A DNA stretch of 64,000 nucleotides from Candidatus Pacearchaeota archaeon (GCA_018304985.1 JAGVWP010000001.1:3913-67912), one strand, 5' to 3'. Positions 19,907 to 30,477 are shown, numbered from the stretch's first letter. The notes: generated by a model from the sequence alone, not told the origin. Numbers and translations are program-made.

Positions 19907-21034
19907 ATGAAAAAAGCTCTAATAACAGGAATTACTGGACAGGATGGAAGCTATCTTGCAGAATTCCTACTTGAAAAGGGATATGAAGTTCATGGGATAA
20001 TAAGGAGAAGTAGCACTATAAACAGAGAAAGAATAGATCACTTAACAAAGCCAGAAATCCCTGCAGGACATACTGGAAAAGAAAAGGGAAGCTTTATTCT
20101 TCATTATGGAGATTTAACTGATTCAAGCTCTGTTGAAAAAATAATAAAAGAAGTTATGCCTGATGAAGTTTATAACCTTGGAGCACAGAGTCATGTAAGA
20201 GTTAGTTTTGACATACCTGAAAATACAACAAATGTTGTTGCTTTGGGAACATTAAGAATTTTAGAAGCTATAAAAAATGTATGTCCAAAGGCCAGATTTT
20301 ACCAGGCTTCTTCATCTGAAATGTTTGGGCAAGTAGCTGAGGTACCTCAAAAAGAAACAACTCCTTTTCATCCAAGAAGCCCTTATGGATGCGCTAAAGT
20401 GTATGCATATCATATAACAAGAAATTTCAGAGAGTCTTATGGAATTTTTGCATGTAATGGAATCTTGTTTAATCATGAGTCTGAAAGAAGAGGAGAGAAT
20501 TTTGTAACAAGAAAAATAACTCAATCATTATCGAGAATTAAAATGGGGCTTCAAACAGAAGTTTATCTTGGTAATTTAGATGCTGAAAGAGATTGGGGGC
20601 ATGCTAAGGATTATGTTGAAGCAATGTGGCTGATTTTGCAGCAAAATGAACCTGAAGATTATGTTATTGGTACTGGAGAAAAATATAGTGTAAGACAATT
20701 TCTGGAAGAGTCTGCAAAAACTCTTGGCATGAATATAAAATCTAATGGGAAAAGAGGAGTTGAAGAAGAATATTTAAATGAAAATGGGCAAGCAATTGTT
20801 AAAGTTCATCCAAGGTATTTCAGACCAGCTGAAGTTGATCTACTTTTATCAGACCCAACTAAAGCAAGAACTAAATTAGGGTGGATTCCAAAAATAACAT
20901 TTAAAGAACTAGTAAGGCTAATGTGTGATCATGATTTGAAACTTGCTGAAAAAGAATATTATCTTAAAAATAAAGTCAAGGTTGTTGATGATATTATAAA
21001 TATATTAAAAGATCAGAATAATAAATTTACTTAA
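19907..21034 (+). CDS. gmd: GDP-mannose 4,6-dehydratase
   Basis: [49 protein letters not shown] and [10 protein letters not shown]. Confidence 0.96.
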   Translation: MKKALITGITGQDGSYLAEFLLEKGYEVHGIIRRSSTINRERIDHLTKPEIPAGHTGKEKGSFILHYGDLTDSSSVEKIIKEVMPDEVYNLGAQSHVRVSFDIPENTTNVVALGTLRILEAIKNVCPKARFYQASSSEMFGQVAEVPQKETTPFHPRSPYGCAKVYAYHITRNFRESYGIFACNGILFNHESERRGENFVTRKITQSLSRIKMGLQTEVYLGNLDAERDWGHAKDYVEAMWLILQQNEPEDYVIGTGEKYSVRQFLEESAKTLGMNIKSNGKRGVEEEYLNENGQAIVKVHPRYFRPAEVDLLLSDPTKARTKLGWIPKITFKELVRLMCDHDLKLAEKEYYLKNKVKVVDDIINILKDQNNKFT

Positions 21035-21042
21035 ATAAAAAT

Positions 21043-22101
21043 ATGGAATATAAATATCCGGTTTCAAAGCCTTCTTTGAAAGGCAAAGAATTAGAGTATG
21101 TAACAAAAGCAATAAATGATGGATGGATTTCTTCTCAAGGACCTTATGTTCAAGAATTTGAAAAAGCCTTTGCAGAATTTAATGGAGTTAAACATGGAGT
21201 TGCTTGTTCTTCTGGAACAGCTGCGCTTACAATTGCTTTACGGGCATTAAATATAGGTCCTGGTGATGAAGTAATTGTGCCCGAATTTACAATGATTGCA
21301 AGTGCATGGGCAGTTACTTATACTGGAGCAAAACCTGTATTTGTTGATTGCAAAGATGATTTAACAATTGACGCAGATTTAATAGAAGAAAAAATAACTT
21401 CTAGAACACGAGCTATAATGCCAGTCCATATTTACGGAAGGCAGTGCGATATGGAAAAAATTATGGATATAGCTTATAATTATAACTTAAAAGTTATTGA
21501 AGATTCTGCAGAAGCCCATGGTGTGAAACCTACTGGAGATATGGCTTGTTTTTCGCTTTTTGCAAATAAAATAATATCTGCTGGCGAGGGGGGAGTGTGT
21601 GTTACAAATGACGACCATTTAGCGAAGCAGATGGTTCATTTAAGAGCAATGGCGTTTACTCCAGAACATAATTTTATCCATAAAAAAATAGCATATAATT
21701 TCAGGATGACTAATCTCCAGGCAGGAGTTGCTCTTGCGCAACTTGAAAGAATTGAGGAAATGCTTGCAAAAAGAAAAAAAATTGAAGATATTTATGATGA
21801 AAAACTAAAAAATATTAAACAAATAAAAGTAATGCCAAAAAGAAATGTTTTATGGATGTATGATCTTCTTGCAGAAAATAAACACGCCTTGCAAAAACAT
21901 CTCGAGGGATGTGGTATAGAAACAAGGCAGTTTTTCAAGCCAATGAGCCAGCAACCTATGTACTATGATCCTAATTGGAAAACTCTTAATGCGGCTAAAT
22001 TTGGGCACAGTGGCATTTATCTTCCAACATATGCTGACTTAACAGAAGAAGACCAGGAATATATTGTGAGCAAAATAAAAGAGTTCTATGATAAAATTTG
22101 A
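21043..22101 (+). CDS. DegT/DnrJ/EryC1/StrS aminotransferase (GDP-perosamine synthase-like)
   Basis: SSGTAAL, IEDSAEAHG, FSLFANKII..GEGG and NFRMTNLQA; directly follows gmd. Confidence 0.88.
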   Translation: MEYKYPVSKPSLKGKELEYVTKAINDGWISSQGPYVQEFEKAFAEFNGVKHGVACSSGTAALTIALRALNIGPGDEVIVPEFTMIASAWAVTYTGAKPVFVDCKDDLTIDADLIEEKITSRTRAIMPVHIYGRQCDMEKIMDIAYNYNLKVIEDSAEAHGVKPTGDMACFSLFANKIISAGEGGVCVTNDDHLAKQMVHLRAMAFTPEHNFIHKKIAYNFRMTNLQAGVALAQLERIEEMLAKRKKIEDIYDEKLKNIKQIKVMPKRNVLWMYDLLAENKHALQKHLEGCGIETRQFFKPMSQQPMYYDPNWKTLNAAKFGHSGIYLPTYADLTEEDQEYIVSKIKEFYDKI

Positions 22102-22124
22102 TAAAATTTAGAGAATAGAGTAAA

Positions 22125-22919
22125 ATGAAAGATAAATTAAAAAAGCAAAGGTATTCTATATGCCTAACAACTTATTTTGATAAAAATTTCAGTGAAATGG
22201 GTGAAATAAGCTTGAAATCCATAAGAGAATATGCTGATAAGTTTAATATTGATGTAAAATTGCTGAACAATATAAATTCTAACAGACCTCCTGCTTGGAA
22301 TAAGATATTAATTGTAAAAAAACTTCTAGAAAATTATGATTTTGTTTTTTGGATTGATGCAGATGCATTATTTGTTAGATTTAATGAAGATATAAGAAAT
22401 GAAATAGAAAATGGAAAAGATTTCTATCTTGTAAAACATTATATAAAAGAAAGATGGGTTCCAAACAGCGGAAGTTTTTTAATCAGAAATAGTGATTGGG
22501 GCAAGAAATTCTTAGATGATGTATGGAATAAAAAAGAGTATATTTATCATAATTACTGGGAGAATGCTGCGATAATTGATCTGCTTGGATATAAAGAGGT
22601 AATGTACTTTAATAAATATAAAATGCTTGCTAACAAAATATTCTATAAATTAAAAATAAAAAAACAAGCTGTAAAAGCCTTTAACCTGTCTAAGAAAATA
22701 TTATTTTTTAATAAATCAAGAAAAGATGATAATGCAATTGTAAAAAATGTTAAATATCCTGAAAACCCTGAAATTATTAAAAAAGTCAAATGGATTGACT
22801 TAAAATGGAATAATCTTCCTGGCGTGGCAGAGACAAAAAATCCTATTATAAATCACTATCCTGCCAAACCTTATGAAGAAAGACTTAAAAAAATGCGTAT
22901 AGATTCAATTAAAATATAA
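22125..22919 (+). CDS. GT34-like (GMA12/MNN10) glycosyltransferase
   Basis: PAWNKI, FWIDADA, NSGSFLIRN and WENAAI motifs. Confidence 0.7.
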   Translation: MKDKLKKQRYSICLTTYFDKNFSEMGEISLKSIREYADKFNIDVKLLNNINSNRPPAWNKILIVKKLLENYDFVFWIDADALFVRFNEDIRNEIENGKDFYLVKHYIKERWVPNSGSFLIRNSDWGKKFLDDVWNKKEYIYHNYWENAAIIDLLGYKEVMYFNKYKMLANKIFYKLKIKKQAVKAFNLSKKILFFNKSRKDDNAIVKNVKYPENPEIIKKVKWIDLKWNNLPGVAETKNPIINHYPAKPYEERLKKMRIDSIKI

Positions 22920-22921
22920 AA

Positions 22922-23470
22922 ATGGAAAAATTAAATTTAGGATCTGGAATGGATTATCGGCAAGGATTTGTCAATGTAGATATTGACAAAAATGCGAAAC
23001 CAGATTTTGCCATAGATATTGAAAAGGGATTAAAAAAATTCAAAGACAATACTTTTGATTATGTATATTCTAGGCATGTTTTAGAGCATCTTGATCCAAG
23101 AAAATTAAAATTTGTAATGGATGAAATCTCCAGAGTATCTAAAAATGGAGCAATAGTTGATGTTTATGTTCCTCATTTTAGCTGTGGAAAAACCTATCAA
23201 TCGTATGATCATTTAAACAGCATGAGTTTTTTCACTTTTTCTGTTAAGGATTTTAAAACCTTCAAAATTTTAAAAAGACATTTGAGTTTTATGAGAGATG
23301 AATTGCCTTATACTGGCAATCCCAAACTAAATAATTTAGCTAAAATAATAAATCCTATTTTTTCATTTATACCTAATAAAATCCCGTTTATTTATGAAAG
23401 ATTCTTTTGCTGGATTTACCCTATGGAAGAAATTCATTTTAGATTTAAAATAATAAAAGATCAAATTTAA
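22922..23470 (+). CDS. Class I SAM-dependent methyltransferase
   Basis: KLNLGSG, GFVNVD, HVLEH and VPHF motifs. Confidence 0.82.
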   Translation: MEKLNLGSGMDYRQGFVNVDIDKNAKPDFAIDIEKGLKKFKDNTFDYVYSRHVLEHLDPRKLKFVMDEISRVSKNGAIVDVYVPHFSCGKTYQSYDHLNSMSFFTFSVKDFKTFKILKRHLSFMRDELPYTGNPKLNNLAKIINPIFSFIPNKIPFIYERFFCWIYPMEEIHFRFKIIKDQI

Positions 23471-23657
23471 AACTATTTAACCTATAAAGATTAATATCTC
23501 AAACTTAATATCATGTTAAATTTATCCTAGATGAAAAATTTAGTATTACATTACTTTCAAAACTTATTTTGAAATTATACACTATCTCTGCTTAATTTTA
23601 TTATAATAAGTTATTGATATTTATCAATTAAAAAGTAAAAACTTTAGGTCTTATTAG

Positions 23658-25220
23658 TTATATCTTAACCTTTGTTTTAATAAAATAATCTTTTATTTTT
23701 TCTATAGCCAACTTTAGTATAAAGTAATCAGTGCTGTCCAGACCTTTTAGCATCATTAAAGCTAATATATAAACAGTTGCTCCTGAAGAAACTAAAAGAA
23801 TTCCGTTGAATAAATTTATATCGCCAAATAAGACCTTTAGCACATATATTGATATTACCATAATAATTGAGGCAGATAATGGCTTTATAATAATGCCCCA
23901 TTTTATTCTCACTCCTAGTCTTTTTCTTGCTAAAACAGTCATGCCTATGCAATAAACAAGCCAGGTAAATGTTGTTGCTATTGCCGCCCCTGTAATTGCC
24001 AAAACATCTGAATATTTTGATAAGAAATAAACAAGACCTGCATTAAGTATTATATCTATTATTATGATTAATAAAATTAAATTAAAGTAATCTTTTGGCT
24101 TTTCTCTTGATGAAAAAAGCTCGGTTATAAGGCTAACCTGTGCTGCCAAAAATATAAACATAGCTAAAAAGTAAAGAGGGAATGCTCCTTCAATATATTC
24201 GTATCCGTAAATTAATACAATAAAGTAACTTCCTAGAGAAGCCAATCCAAAAGCTATTGGAAAAGACAACATCATTGAATATCTAAGAGATTTATTAAAA
24301 ATATACTCAAGTTTTTGTTTTTTAGCTTCAATAAATACTGGAAGCAATACCTGGCCAAATCCCAGTAACCCCGAGATGCTTGACATTAAAACAAATGCTG
24401 CTTGGTAAATTCCAATGTATTTTGCATCCTCAAGAATAACTCCAAGAGTTATTGTATCCACATTTCCAATAATAACTGTTGCTATAGAAGCTATTGTAAG
24501 GTAATATGCAAATTTAAGTACTCTGCTTTTTTCTTTTAAAGATAATTCACCTCTTAACTTAAAAATTCCCGGCTGAACCTTATTAATATTATAAATACTT
24601 ATTGCTATAGCTAAAAATGAAGAGGCAATTAGTATTAAAAACGCCTGGTAAGCTGTTGGATTTTTAATTAAAAATACCAGAAATAAAAGAGATAAAGAAA
24701 TTTTTAACAATTGAAAAATCAATTCTTTTACAGCAATATATTTAACTTTTTTTACACTAAAGAAAAAAGAAGCGAGAAACTGGTCTAATGAAAGAAAGAA
24801 CATGTAAAATATCACTAAAAAAAGAGGAAAAACCATTTCAGGCTTTTTAAAAATGTATACTGATAAAGGATATAAGAATATGCCAAGCATTAATGAAAGG
24901 AAGGCTAATATAGATAACTTAATTTTCAAAGTGTATGTAAAATAATCTTTTGCTTTTTTTTCATTTCCTTTCTTTAGTGAATTAGAAAAATAGTAAATAA
25001 GTGATTTATCTATTCCCACTTGTGATAACATAAAAAATATAAGGCCTACTGAAACTGCCAAATTAAATATACCAAATCCTTCTGGAAGAAGATAACGGGC
25101 AATTATTACTGTAAAAATCAATCCTCCAATCCTTTGAATTGCTGCAGCTATGCTGCTCCATATAGATCCGCTAAGAACCTGAGAGGTTGTACTTTGTTTG
25201 CTTTTTTCTATGTTTTTCAT
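23658..25220 (-). CDS. Oligosaccharide flippase (Wzx/MOP family)
   Basis: About 14 TM segments; IARYLLPEGFG and GAAIAT motifs. Confidence 0.85.
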   Translation of the reverse strand: MKNIEKSKQSTTSQVLSGSIWSSIAAAIQRIGGLIFTVIIARYLLPEGFGIFNLAVSVGLIFFMLSQVGIDKSLIYYFSNSLKKGNEKKAKDYFTYTLKIKLSILAFLSLMLGIFLYPLSVYIFKKPEMVFPLFLVIFYMFFLSLDQFLASFFFSVKKVKYIAVKELIFQLLKISLSLLFLVFLIKNPTAYQAFLILIASSFLAIAISIYNINKVQPGIFKLRGELSLKEKSRVLKFAYYLTIASIATVIIGNVDTITLGVILEDAKYIGIYQAAFVLMSSISGLLGFGQVLLPVFIEAKKQKLEYIFNKSLRYSMMLSFPIAFGLASLGSYFIVLIYGYEYIEGAFPLYFLAMFIFLAAQVSLITELFSSREKPKDYFNLILLIIIIDIILNAGLVYFLSKYSDVLAITGAAIATTFTWLVYCIGMTVLARKRLGVRIKWGIIIKPLSASIIMVISIYVLKVLFGDINLFNGILLVSSGATVYILALMMLKGLDSTDYFILKLAIEKIKDYFIKTKVKI

Positions 25221-25311
25221 TCATCTGATAATTCATCGGGGTTTTTAAAATATTCCCGTTGTAACATAGGAATAATTATAAAGTAAAATTATATCATTAG
25301 ATTGCGATAAA

Positions 25312-27207
25312 ATGGAAGATGAAAAAAATAAAATAAGTGTTGTTGATAAATCTATAAATAAAGGAGTAAGCCTTCTTTTTTCCAATAGTAATTCTATGAC
25401 TTATCTTGGTTTAATATTAATATTCGGCTTTGTGTTAAGGATTATTGCTGCAATTAATTTAAATGTTGTTGCAGATGATATGGTCCATACAATTCATGCT
25501 ATTGGTTTTTTTAATTCTGGAAAACTTGTTGATTACAGCCAATCTGCATCATTATGGTTTTATATAACTGATATTTTTTACAGGGCTTTTGGAGTGAGTC
25601 AGTTATCCTCAAGAATGGCTGCATTATTATTTGGGACTTTTTCAATAATTGCCATGTATCTTCTTGGCAAAGAATTATTTAATGAGAAAATTGGCTTGCT
25701 AAGCGCATTTATCTTAGCTGTGTCTCCATATCACATAAAAAATACTGTTGGAGAGATGGATGTTACAGTAATGTTTTTTATTCTTCTTGGATCAATCTTT
25801 TTTATACGTTCTTTAAAAATCAATAAAAAAATTAATTTTATTCTAAGCGGAATTTTTATAGGTCTTGCAGTAATGATCAAGGTTTATGCTCTCTTATTCC
25901 TGCCTTCTTTAATTCTCTTTTATATATACAAGAAATATAAAAAAGATAAAAAGATTATGGATAAAAATTCTTTAAAAATAATTATATTATTTTTATTTGT
26001 AATATTTATATTTACAATACCTACACTGACACATAACTATCTTCTTTACAAAGATAAGGGAATAACTGACTTTATATTTGCTAACACATTAGGCATAATA
26101 AATAATCAAACTGAACAGCTTTATTCTTTTGATCTTGGATGGAAAGCACAACATGACTGGATGGGATTTATATTTGGGGGAAATAAAAGCTATCAATACC
26201 CATTGGCAATAGAAGGTTTAAATTTTATCTTATTTGGCGATCCTTTAATTTTTATTTTTGGAATACTTGGTTTGGTCTATGGATTGTATAAAAAAGATGA
26301 AAGTTCCATATTCTTGTTTTTAATGATATTATTTATATTTCCGTATTTGGCAACAATTATACTTCTTCCCAAGCATTACACATTTATGCCTATTTTGCTA
26401 ACTCCTCTTGCGGCCAGTTTTATAATAAATATTTGTGAAAATTATAACCGAAAGAAAAGAAATCAAGAAAATAAAAATAGTCTTAGACTAAGGTATCTGG
26501 CAATTGCAATTCTTATTTTTAGTGTAATCTACCTTGGTTTTGCCCCCGAAAGCACAATGCAGCATGTTTATGGAAAAAGCTCAACAGTGCAATTTATAGA
26601 TTTTAAAAACAATAATATTAATAATGCAGATTTAATTGTTTTAGACTCAAGGATTTATAGAGGAAGAATTAACTGGATGGCTTACGGCAAGCCATATCTG
26701 GAAGGAATTGATTTTATAGAAATTGTGAATAATCAGGATCAGATTCCTGGAAACTATATTCCTATAAAAGTCTATTATGTAGAATGTGTTGTTGATGATT
26801 GTGGTTGGGGAACTGTAAAAGATCAGCCAGAATTTAATCAGTCTATGGAGCAGTTAACTGAATTTTTTAGAACAAATGGCAGTCTTATTAAAAGCATTGA
26901 AGAGCCTTATAAAAAAATGCCTTATTACCCAATTATCTATGAAAATAATAGAGTTAATGACATAAACATATATTATAAAATAATCTATCTAAAACCTCAA
27001 ACACTGCTTTTAGCTGTTCAGCCAAAAAACTGGTTTCATTATAATATAGGCCACTTTCCTAAAGGAGGAGAATTTGATGATTATTCTGTTCGCAGCCTTT
27101 TTGACAGAATTTTGGATAAATTTGCACACTTGATTATATATATTTCAATCATACTAGCATTTTTAAGCGTGATATTTTTGATTTATTTGTTATTCAAAAA
27201 AAAATGA
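25312..27207 (+). CDS. GT-C fold membrane glycosyltransferase (ArnT/PMT_2-like)
   Basis: ADD loop, SRMAALLFG and multi-TM core; extracellular CVVDDCGWG domain. Confidence 0.78.
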   Translation: MEDEKNKISVVDKSINKGVSLLFSNSNSMTYLGLILIFGFVLRIIAAINLNVVADDMVHTIHAIGFFNSGKLVDYSQSASLWFYITDIFYRAFGVSQLSSRMAALLFGTFSIIAMYLLGKELFNEKIGLLSAFILAVSPYHIKNTVGEMDVTVMFFILLGSIFFIRSLKINKKINFILSGIFIGLAVMIKVYALLFLPSLILFYIYKKYKKDKKIMDKNSLKIIILFLFVIFIFTIPTLTHNYLLYKDKGITDFIFANTLGIINNQTEQLYSFDLGWKAQHDWMGFIFGGNKSYQYPLAIEGLNFILFGDPLIFIFGILGLVYGLYKKDESSIFLFLMILFIFPYLATIILLPKHYTFMPILLTPLAASFIINICENYNRKKRNQENKNSLRLRYLAIAILIFSVIYLGFAPESTMQHVYGKSSTVQFIDFKNNNINNADLIVLDSRIYRGRINWMAYGKPYLEGIDFIEIVNNQDQIPGNYIPIKVYYVECVVDDCGWGTVKDQPEFNQSMEQLTEFFRTNGSLIKSIEEPYKKMPYYPIIYENNRVNDINIYYKIIYLKPQTLLLAVQPKNWFHYNIGHFPKGGEFDDYSVRSLFDRILDKFAHLIIYISIILAFLSVIFLIYLLFKKK

Positions 27208-27917
27208 AAGTTCTGTCTGTGATTATTCCAGCATATAATGAAGAAGAAACTATATCCAATTTATTGGAAAGGGTTTTAGCTGCAAAAATTAGTTTGAAAA
27301 AAGAGATAATAATCATTAATGATGGATCAACAGATAATACTAAAACAGAAGCAAAGAAAACTCTTGATAAATTAATAAAAATATACAAAAATGATTCTTT
27401 ATTGATAATTAGCAAGAAAAATGGTGGCAAGGGCTCTGCAGTCAAGCTTGGCTTTGAAAAAGCAAGTGGAGATATAATTATTATTCAGGATGCGGATTTA
27501 GAGTATAATCCTGATGAATATCAAACCCTTATAAATCCAATAATAGATAATCAATATAAAGTAGTATATGGTTCCAGAAGGCTTAATAAGAATAATAAAG
27601 GGTATTCTAACCTTTCATTTTTTATCGGAGGCATAATTGTAACAAAATTAACCAATTTACTATTTAATTCCAAATTAACAGATGAACCTACATGCTATAA
27701 AGTTTTTGAAGCAAATTTAATAAAAAATATCCGAATTATTGGAAATGGTTTTGAGTGGGAGCCGGAAGTAACTGCAAAAATATTGAAAAAGAAAATAAAA
27801 ATACACGAGATTCCAATTTCATATAATCCTAGGAAGAAAAATGAAGGAAAGAAGATAAACTGGAAAGATGGTATGAAAGCTATATGGACTTTATTTTACT
27901 GGAGATTTAAAAATTAA
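27204..27917 (+). CDS. GT2 polyprenol-phosphate glycosyltransferase (DPM1-like)
   Basis: IPAYNEE, NDGSTD, NGGKGSA, IQDADLEY and DEPTCYK motifs. Confidence 0.9.
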   Translation: MKVLSVIIPAYNEEETISNLLERVLAAKISLKKEIIIINDGSTDNTKTEAKKTLDKLIKIYKNDSLLIISKKNGGKGSAVKLGFEKASGDIIIIQDADLEYNPDEYQTLINPIIDNQYKVVYGSRRLNKNNKGYSNLSFFIGGIIVTKLTNLLFNSKLTDEPTCYKVFEANLIKNIRIIGNGFEWEPEVTAKILKKKIKIHEIPISYNPRKKNEGKKINWKDGMKAIWTLFYWRFKN

Positions 27918-28024
27918 TAATATATAATTTTATATACCTTAAAAATTTTCTGTAATATTAAAAAAGATGAAATGAAATATAAATTGGTTGTTAGATGCAT
28001 AGAAACCCGCTGGAGGTTTTTATA

Positions 28025-28303
28025 ATGACTGACTGGATAAATAATGCTATAGATCATAATGGAATCCCCTTAATTGTAAAAAGCCTGCATGTAGGAGATT
28101 TTATTGAGGTTATTTATGCTAATTCGGATGAAAGACTTATTGGAGGTTATGTAACAACTCTGACTTCAAATTCTCCCAAATCTGACAAAGGAACAAATAA
28201 AGTTTATTTTCTGGGAATAAGCGCAGAACACCCGAATAATAATGAGGATGAAAAAATGCTTTGGGTTACCAAAATAAAATTATTCAGAGTGGTACATAAA
28301 TAA
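28025..28303 (+). CDS. Hypothetical protein
   Basis: Open ORF; ATG 28025 is preceded by a GGAGGT SD-like sequence (track start 27995). Confidence 0.5.
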   Translation: MTDWINNAIDHNGIPLIVKSLHVGDFIEVIYANSDERLIGGYVTTLTSNSPKSDKGTNKVYFLGISAEHPNNNEDEKMLWVTKIKLFRVVHK

Positions 28304-28316
28304 GATTAAGGGATAA

Positions 28317-28348
28317 ACGCCCCCGTGATTACTTAATCTAAGGATTAA
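28317..28348. repeat. 32-bp direct repeat, copy 1
   Basis: acgcccccgtgattacttaatctaaggattaa, identical to 28759-28790. Confidence 0.9.
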
Positions 28349-28384
28349 CTCCCAAACTTTTTCCTTTAAAGTTTAGAAAATTAA

Positions 28385-28684
28385 TTAATCATTAATAAAT
28401 AAACTATGCAAAGGAACAAAAAGGATAGTAAGCAAACCTACAAAAATTGAAAAATAGACCAAAACTGAGCGTTCTTTGTTTTTTGTAACAGAGATTATTC
28501 CAGTAATAAAAGCAGCCATTTCAATGAGGAATGAAACAGGTACAATTACATCCCACCAATGATCATCAAAATTAAGTATTTTAAGCACTAAGACTGAAAT
28601 AACAGAGACACTAATTATTATTATAAACAAGATATTCAGTCCTGCAGACCATTTTCCTAATTTTGTTTTGGGTTTTATTATCAT
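28385..28684 (-). CDS. Small membrane protein (3 TM)
   Basis: Hydrophobic 99-aa ORF lying between the 32-bp direct repeats. Confidence 0.65.
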   Translation of the reverse strand: MIIKPKTKLGKWSAGLNILFIIIISVSVISVLVLKILNFDDHWWDVIVPVSFLIEMAAFITGIISVTKNKERSVLVYFSIFVGLLTILFVPLHSLFIND

Positions 28685-28758
28685 ATCATTCTTAATATAA
28701 GCAGTGTTATAAATCTTATTGCAATTTGTATAATAACATATGTAACAAAAAGTATTAC

Positions 28759-28790
28759 ACGCCCCCGTGATTACTTAATCTAAGGATTAA
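28759..28790. repeat. 32-bp direct repeat, copy 2
   Basis: Identical to 28317-28348. Confidence 0.9.
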
Positions 28791-28840
28791 TGTCCCCACG
28801 AGATAATTAACTTATTAGATAAAGAAATAAATAAAAAAAG

Positions 28841-28950
<110 letters not shown>

Positions 28951-28998
28951 AAAATACACATATAAGAGTATTTTTAAACCTTTTGATATTGCTATTTT

Positions 28999-29035
28999 AA
29001 GGAAGTTATTATAGAAGAAATGTAGTGTCTTCTAT
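28999..29035 (-). repeat. Intergenic hairpin repeat family A (single unit) abutting tRNA-Leu
   Basis: 20-bp identity to 5951-5970; hairpin atagaaga...tcttctat. Confidence 0.7.
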
Positions 29036-29119
29036 GCGGAGATGCCGGAGTGGTCAAACGGATCACGTTTAGGCCGTGATGGCTTAGTGCCTACGAAGGT
29101 TCGAATCCTTCTCTCCGCA
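29036..29119 (+). tRNA. tRNA-Leu(TAG)
   Basis: GCGGAGA/TCTCCGC acceptor stem, TCACG-TTTAGGC-CGTGA anticodon arm, long variable arm, GGTTCGAATCC. Confidence 0.95.
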
Positions 29120-29168
29120 TTTTTTTACATACATTTTTAAAACTCTTTTATCCTTGTAATTCTAGTAT

Positions 29169-29247
29169 GCGCCTGTAGCTCAGCCTGGAATCAAAGAGCA
29201 GGTCCGTCCTAAGGACAAGGTCGTAGGTTCAAATCCTACCAGGCGCA
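29169..29247 (+). tRNA. tRNA-Arg(CCT)
   Basis: GCGCCTG/CAGGCGC acceptor stem, GTCC-GTCCTAA-GGAC anticodon arm, GTAGG-TTCAAAT-CCTAC T arm. Confidence 0.88.
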
Positions 29248-29295
29248 TTTTTAAAATAATAACATTTAAAACCAATATAAAATAGATATCAATAT

Positions 29296-29367
29296 GCGCC
29301 GGTAGTATAATGGTTCGTATATTTGGCTTCCAACCAAATGATCCGGGTTCGATTCCCGGCTGGCGCA
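29296..29367 (+). tRNA. tRNA-Gly(TCC)
   Basis: GCGCCGG/CTGGCGC acceptor stem, TTTGG-CTTCCAA-CCAAA anticodon arm, CCGGG-TTCGATT-CCCGG T arm. Confidence 0.95.
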
Positions 29368-29411
29368 TTTTAAATCATTTAATTTAAATACCCATATTTT
29401 ATAGATTTTAA

Positions 29412-30476
29412 ATGAAAGAAAAACAAGAAGTTAAAGAGAGTAAAGTAAGCAGTAAAAGAAGCTTAAGTGAAATGTATGACAAGTATTACAAAATAGCTTT
29501 AATTATCCCTATTATTATTCTTATCTTAAGTATTGGTTACTTATTTAATTTTGCACAGCAAAATGGAGATATAATTAAAAAAGACATATCTTTAACAGGA
29601 GGAACATCTATACAAGTTAATGCTAAAGCAGATATTAATGAGTTAAAATCTGCTTTAAATAATAAATTTAATGATGTTTCAATAAGTTATATTTCAGATA
29701 TTCTTACAGGAGAGCAAGTTGCAGTTATAATTGAAACTAGAGCACAACCAGATGAAATAGTTCCGGAAATTGAAAAATATTTTGGATTTAAATTAGACTC
29801 TAAAAACAGCAGCATAGAATTTACTGGATCTACAATAGGAGAGGGGTTCTATCAGCAGCTTATGCTTGCAGTGTTCTTCGCATTCTTATTCATGGGAACT
29901 GTTGTATTTTTTATTTTTTCAAGCAATAAAAAAATAAAATACTTGCTCATCTTACTATCACTTATTCCTCCAATTTTATTCTTTTTCACAAAATCAATTT
30001 CTTTAACACAGGCATTTATTCTTTCTGGAATTGTTCTCTTAATAAGTATTTATTTTTATATAAGATACAGTATCCCGAGTATGGCTGTTGTTTTTGCAGC
30101 ATTTGCTGATATTGTAATGACTGTTACACTTGTTGATCTTATGGGCATGGAGGTTTCAACAGCAGGAATAGTTGCTTTCTTAATGTTAATTGGATATAGT
30201 GTTGATACAGATATATTGCTGACAACCAGAGTATTAAAACATAAGGGAGAAAGTGTTAATAGAAGGATTTTGAGTTCTTTTAAGACAGGAATAACAATGA
30301 CTTTAACTGCTTTAGCTGTTGTTGTTATTGGCTTAATTCTAACTTCCTCATTCTCAGATGTTTTAAGCCAGATTTTTACTATTTTAACTATTGGATTATT
30401 ATTTGATATACCTAATACATGGCTTACAAATGCTTCAATGGTTAAATGGTATGTCACTCATAAAAAACTAGATTAA
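29412..30476 (+). CDS. secF: Protein translocase subunit SecF (archaeal)
   Basis: DISLTGGT and LMLIGYSVDTDILLTTRVL motifs. Confidence 0.92.
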   Translation: MKEKQEVKESKVSSKRSLSEMYDKYYKIALIIPIIILILSIGYLFNFAQQNGDIIKKDISLTGGTSIQVNAKADINELKSALNNKFNDVSISYISDILTGEQVAVIIETRAQPDEIVPEIEKYFGFKLDSKNSSIEFTGSTIGEGFYQQLMLAVFFAFLFMGTVVFFIFSSNKKIKYLLILLSLIPPILFFFTKSISLTQAFILSGIVLLISIYFYIRYSIPSMAVVFAAFADIVMTVTLVDLMGMEVSTAGIVAFLMLIGYSVDTDILLTTRVLKHKGESVNRRILSSFKTGITMTLTALAVVVIGLILTSSFSDVLSQIFTILTIGLLFDIPNTWLTNASMVKWYVTHKKLD

Positions 30477-30477
30477 A

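Noticed and set aside
28317-28790. 32-bp repeats as a CRISPR array
   Set aside because: Only two copies, 410 bp apart with a gene between them; no cas genes.
28755-28815. Hairpin as SRP RNA
   Set aside because: Lacks the helix-8 GNRA loop and the CAGG/AGCA internal loop.
29180-29368. 62-aa minus-strand ORF
   Set aside because: It is the antisense of tRNA-Arg and tRNA-Gly.
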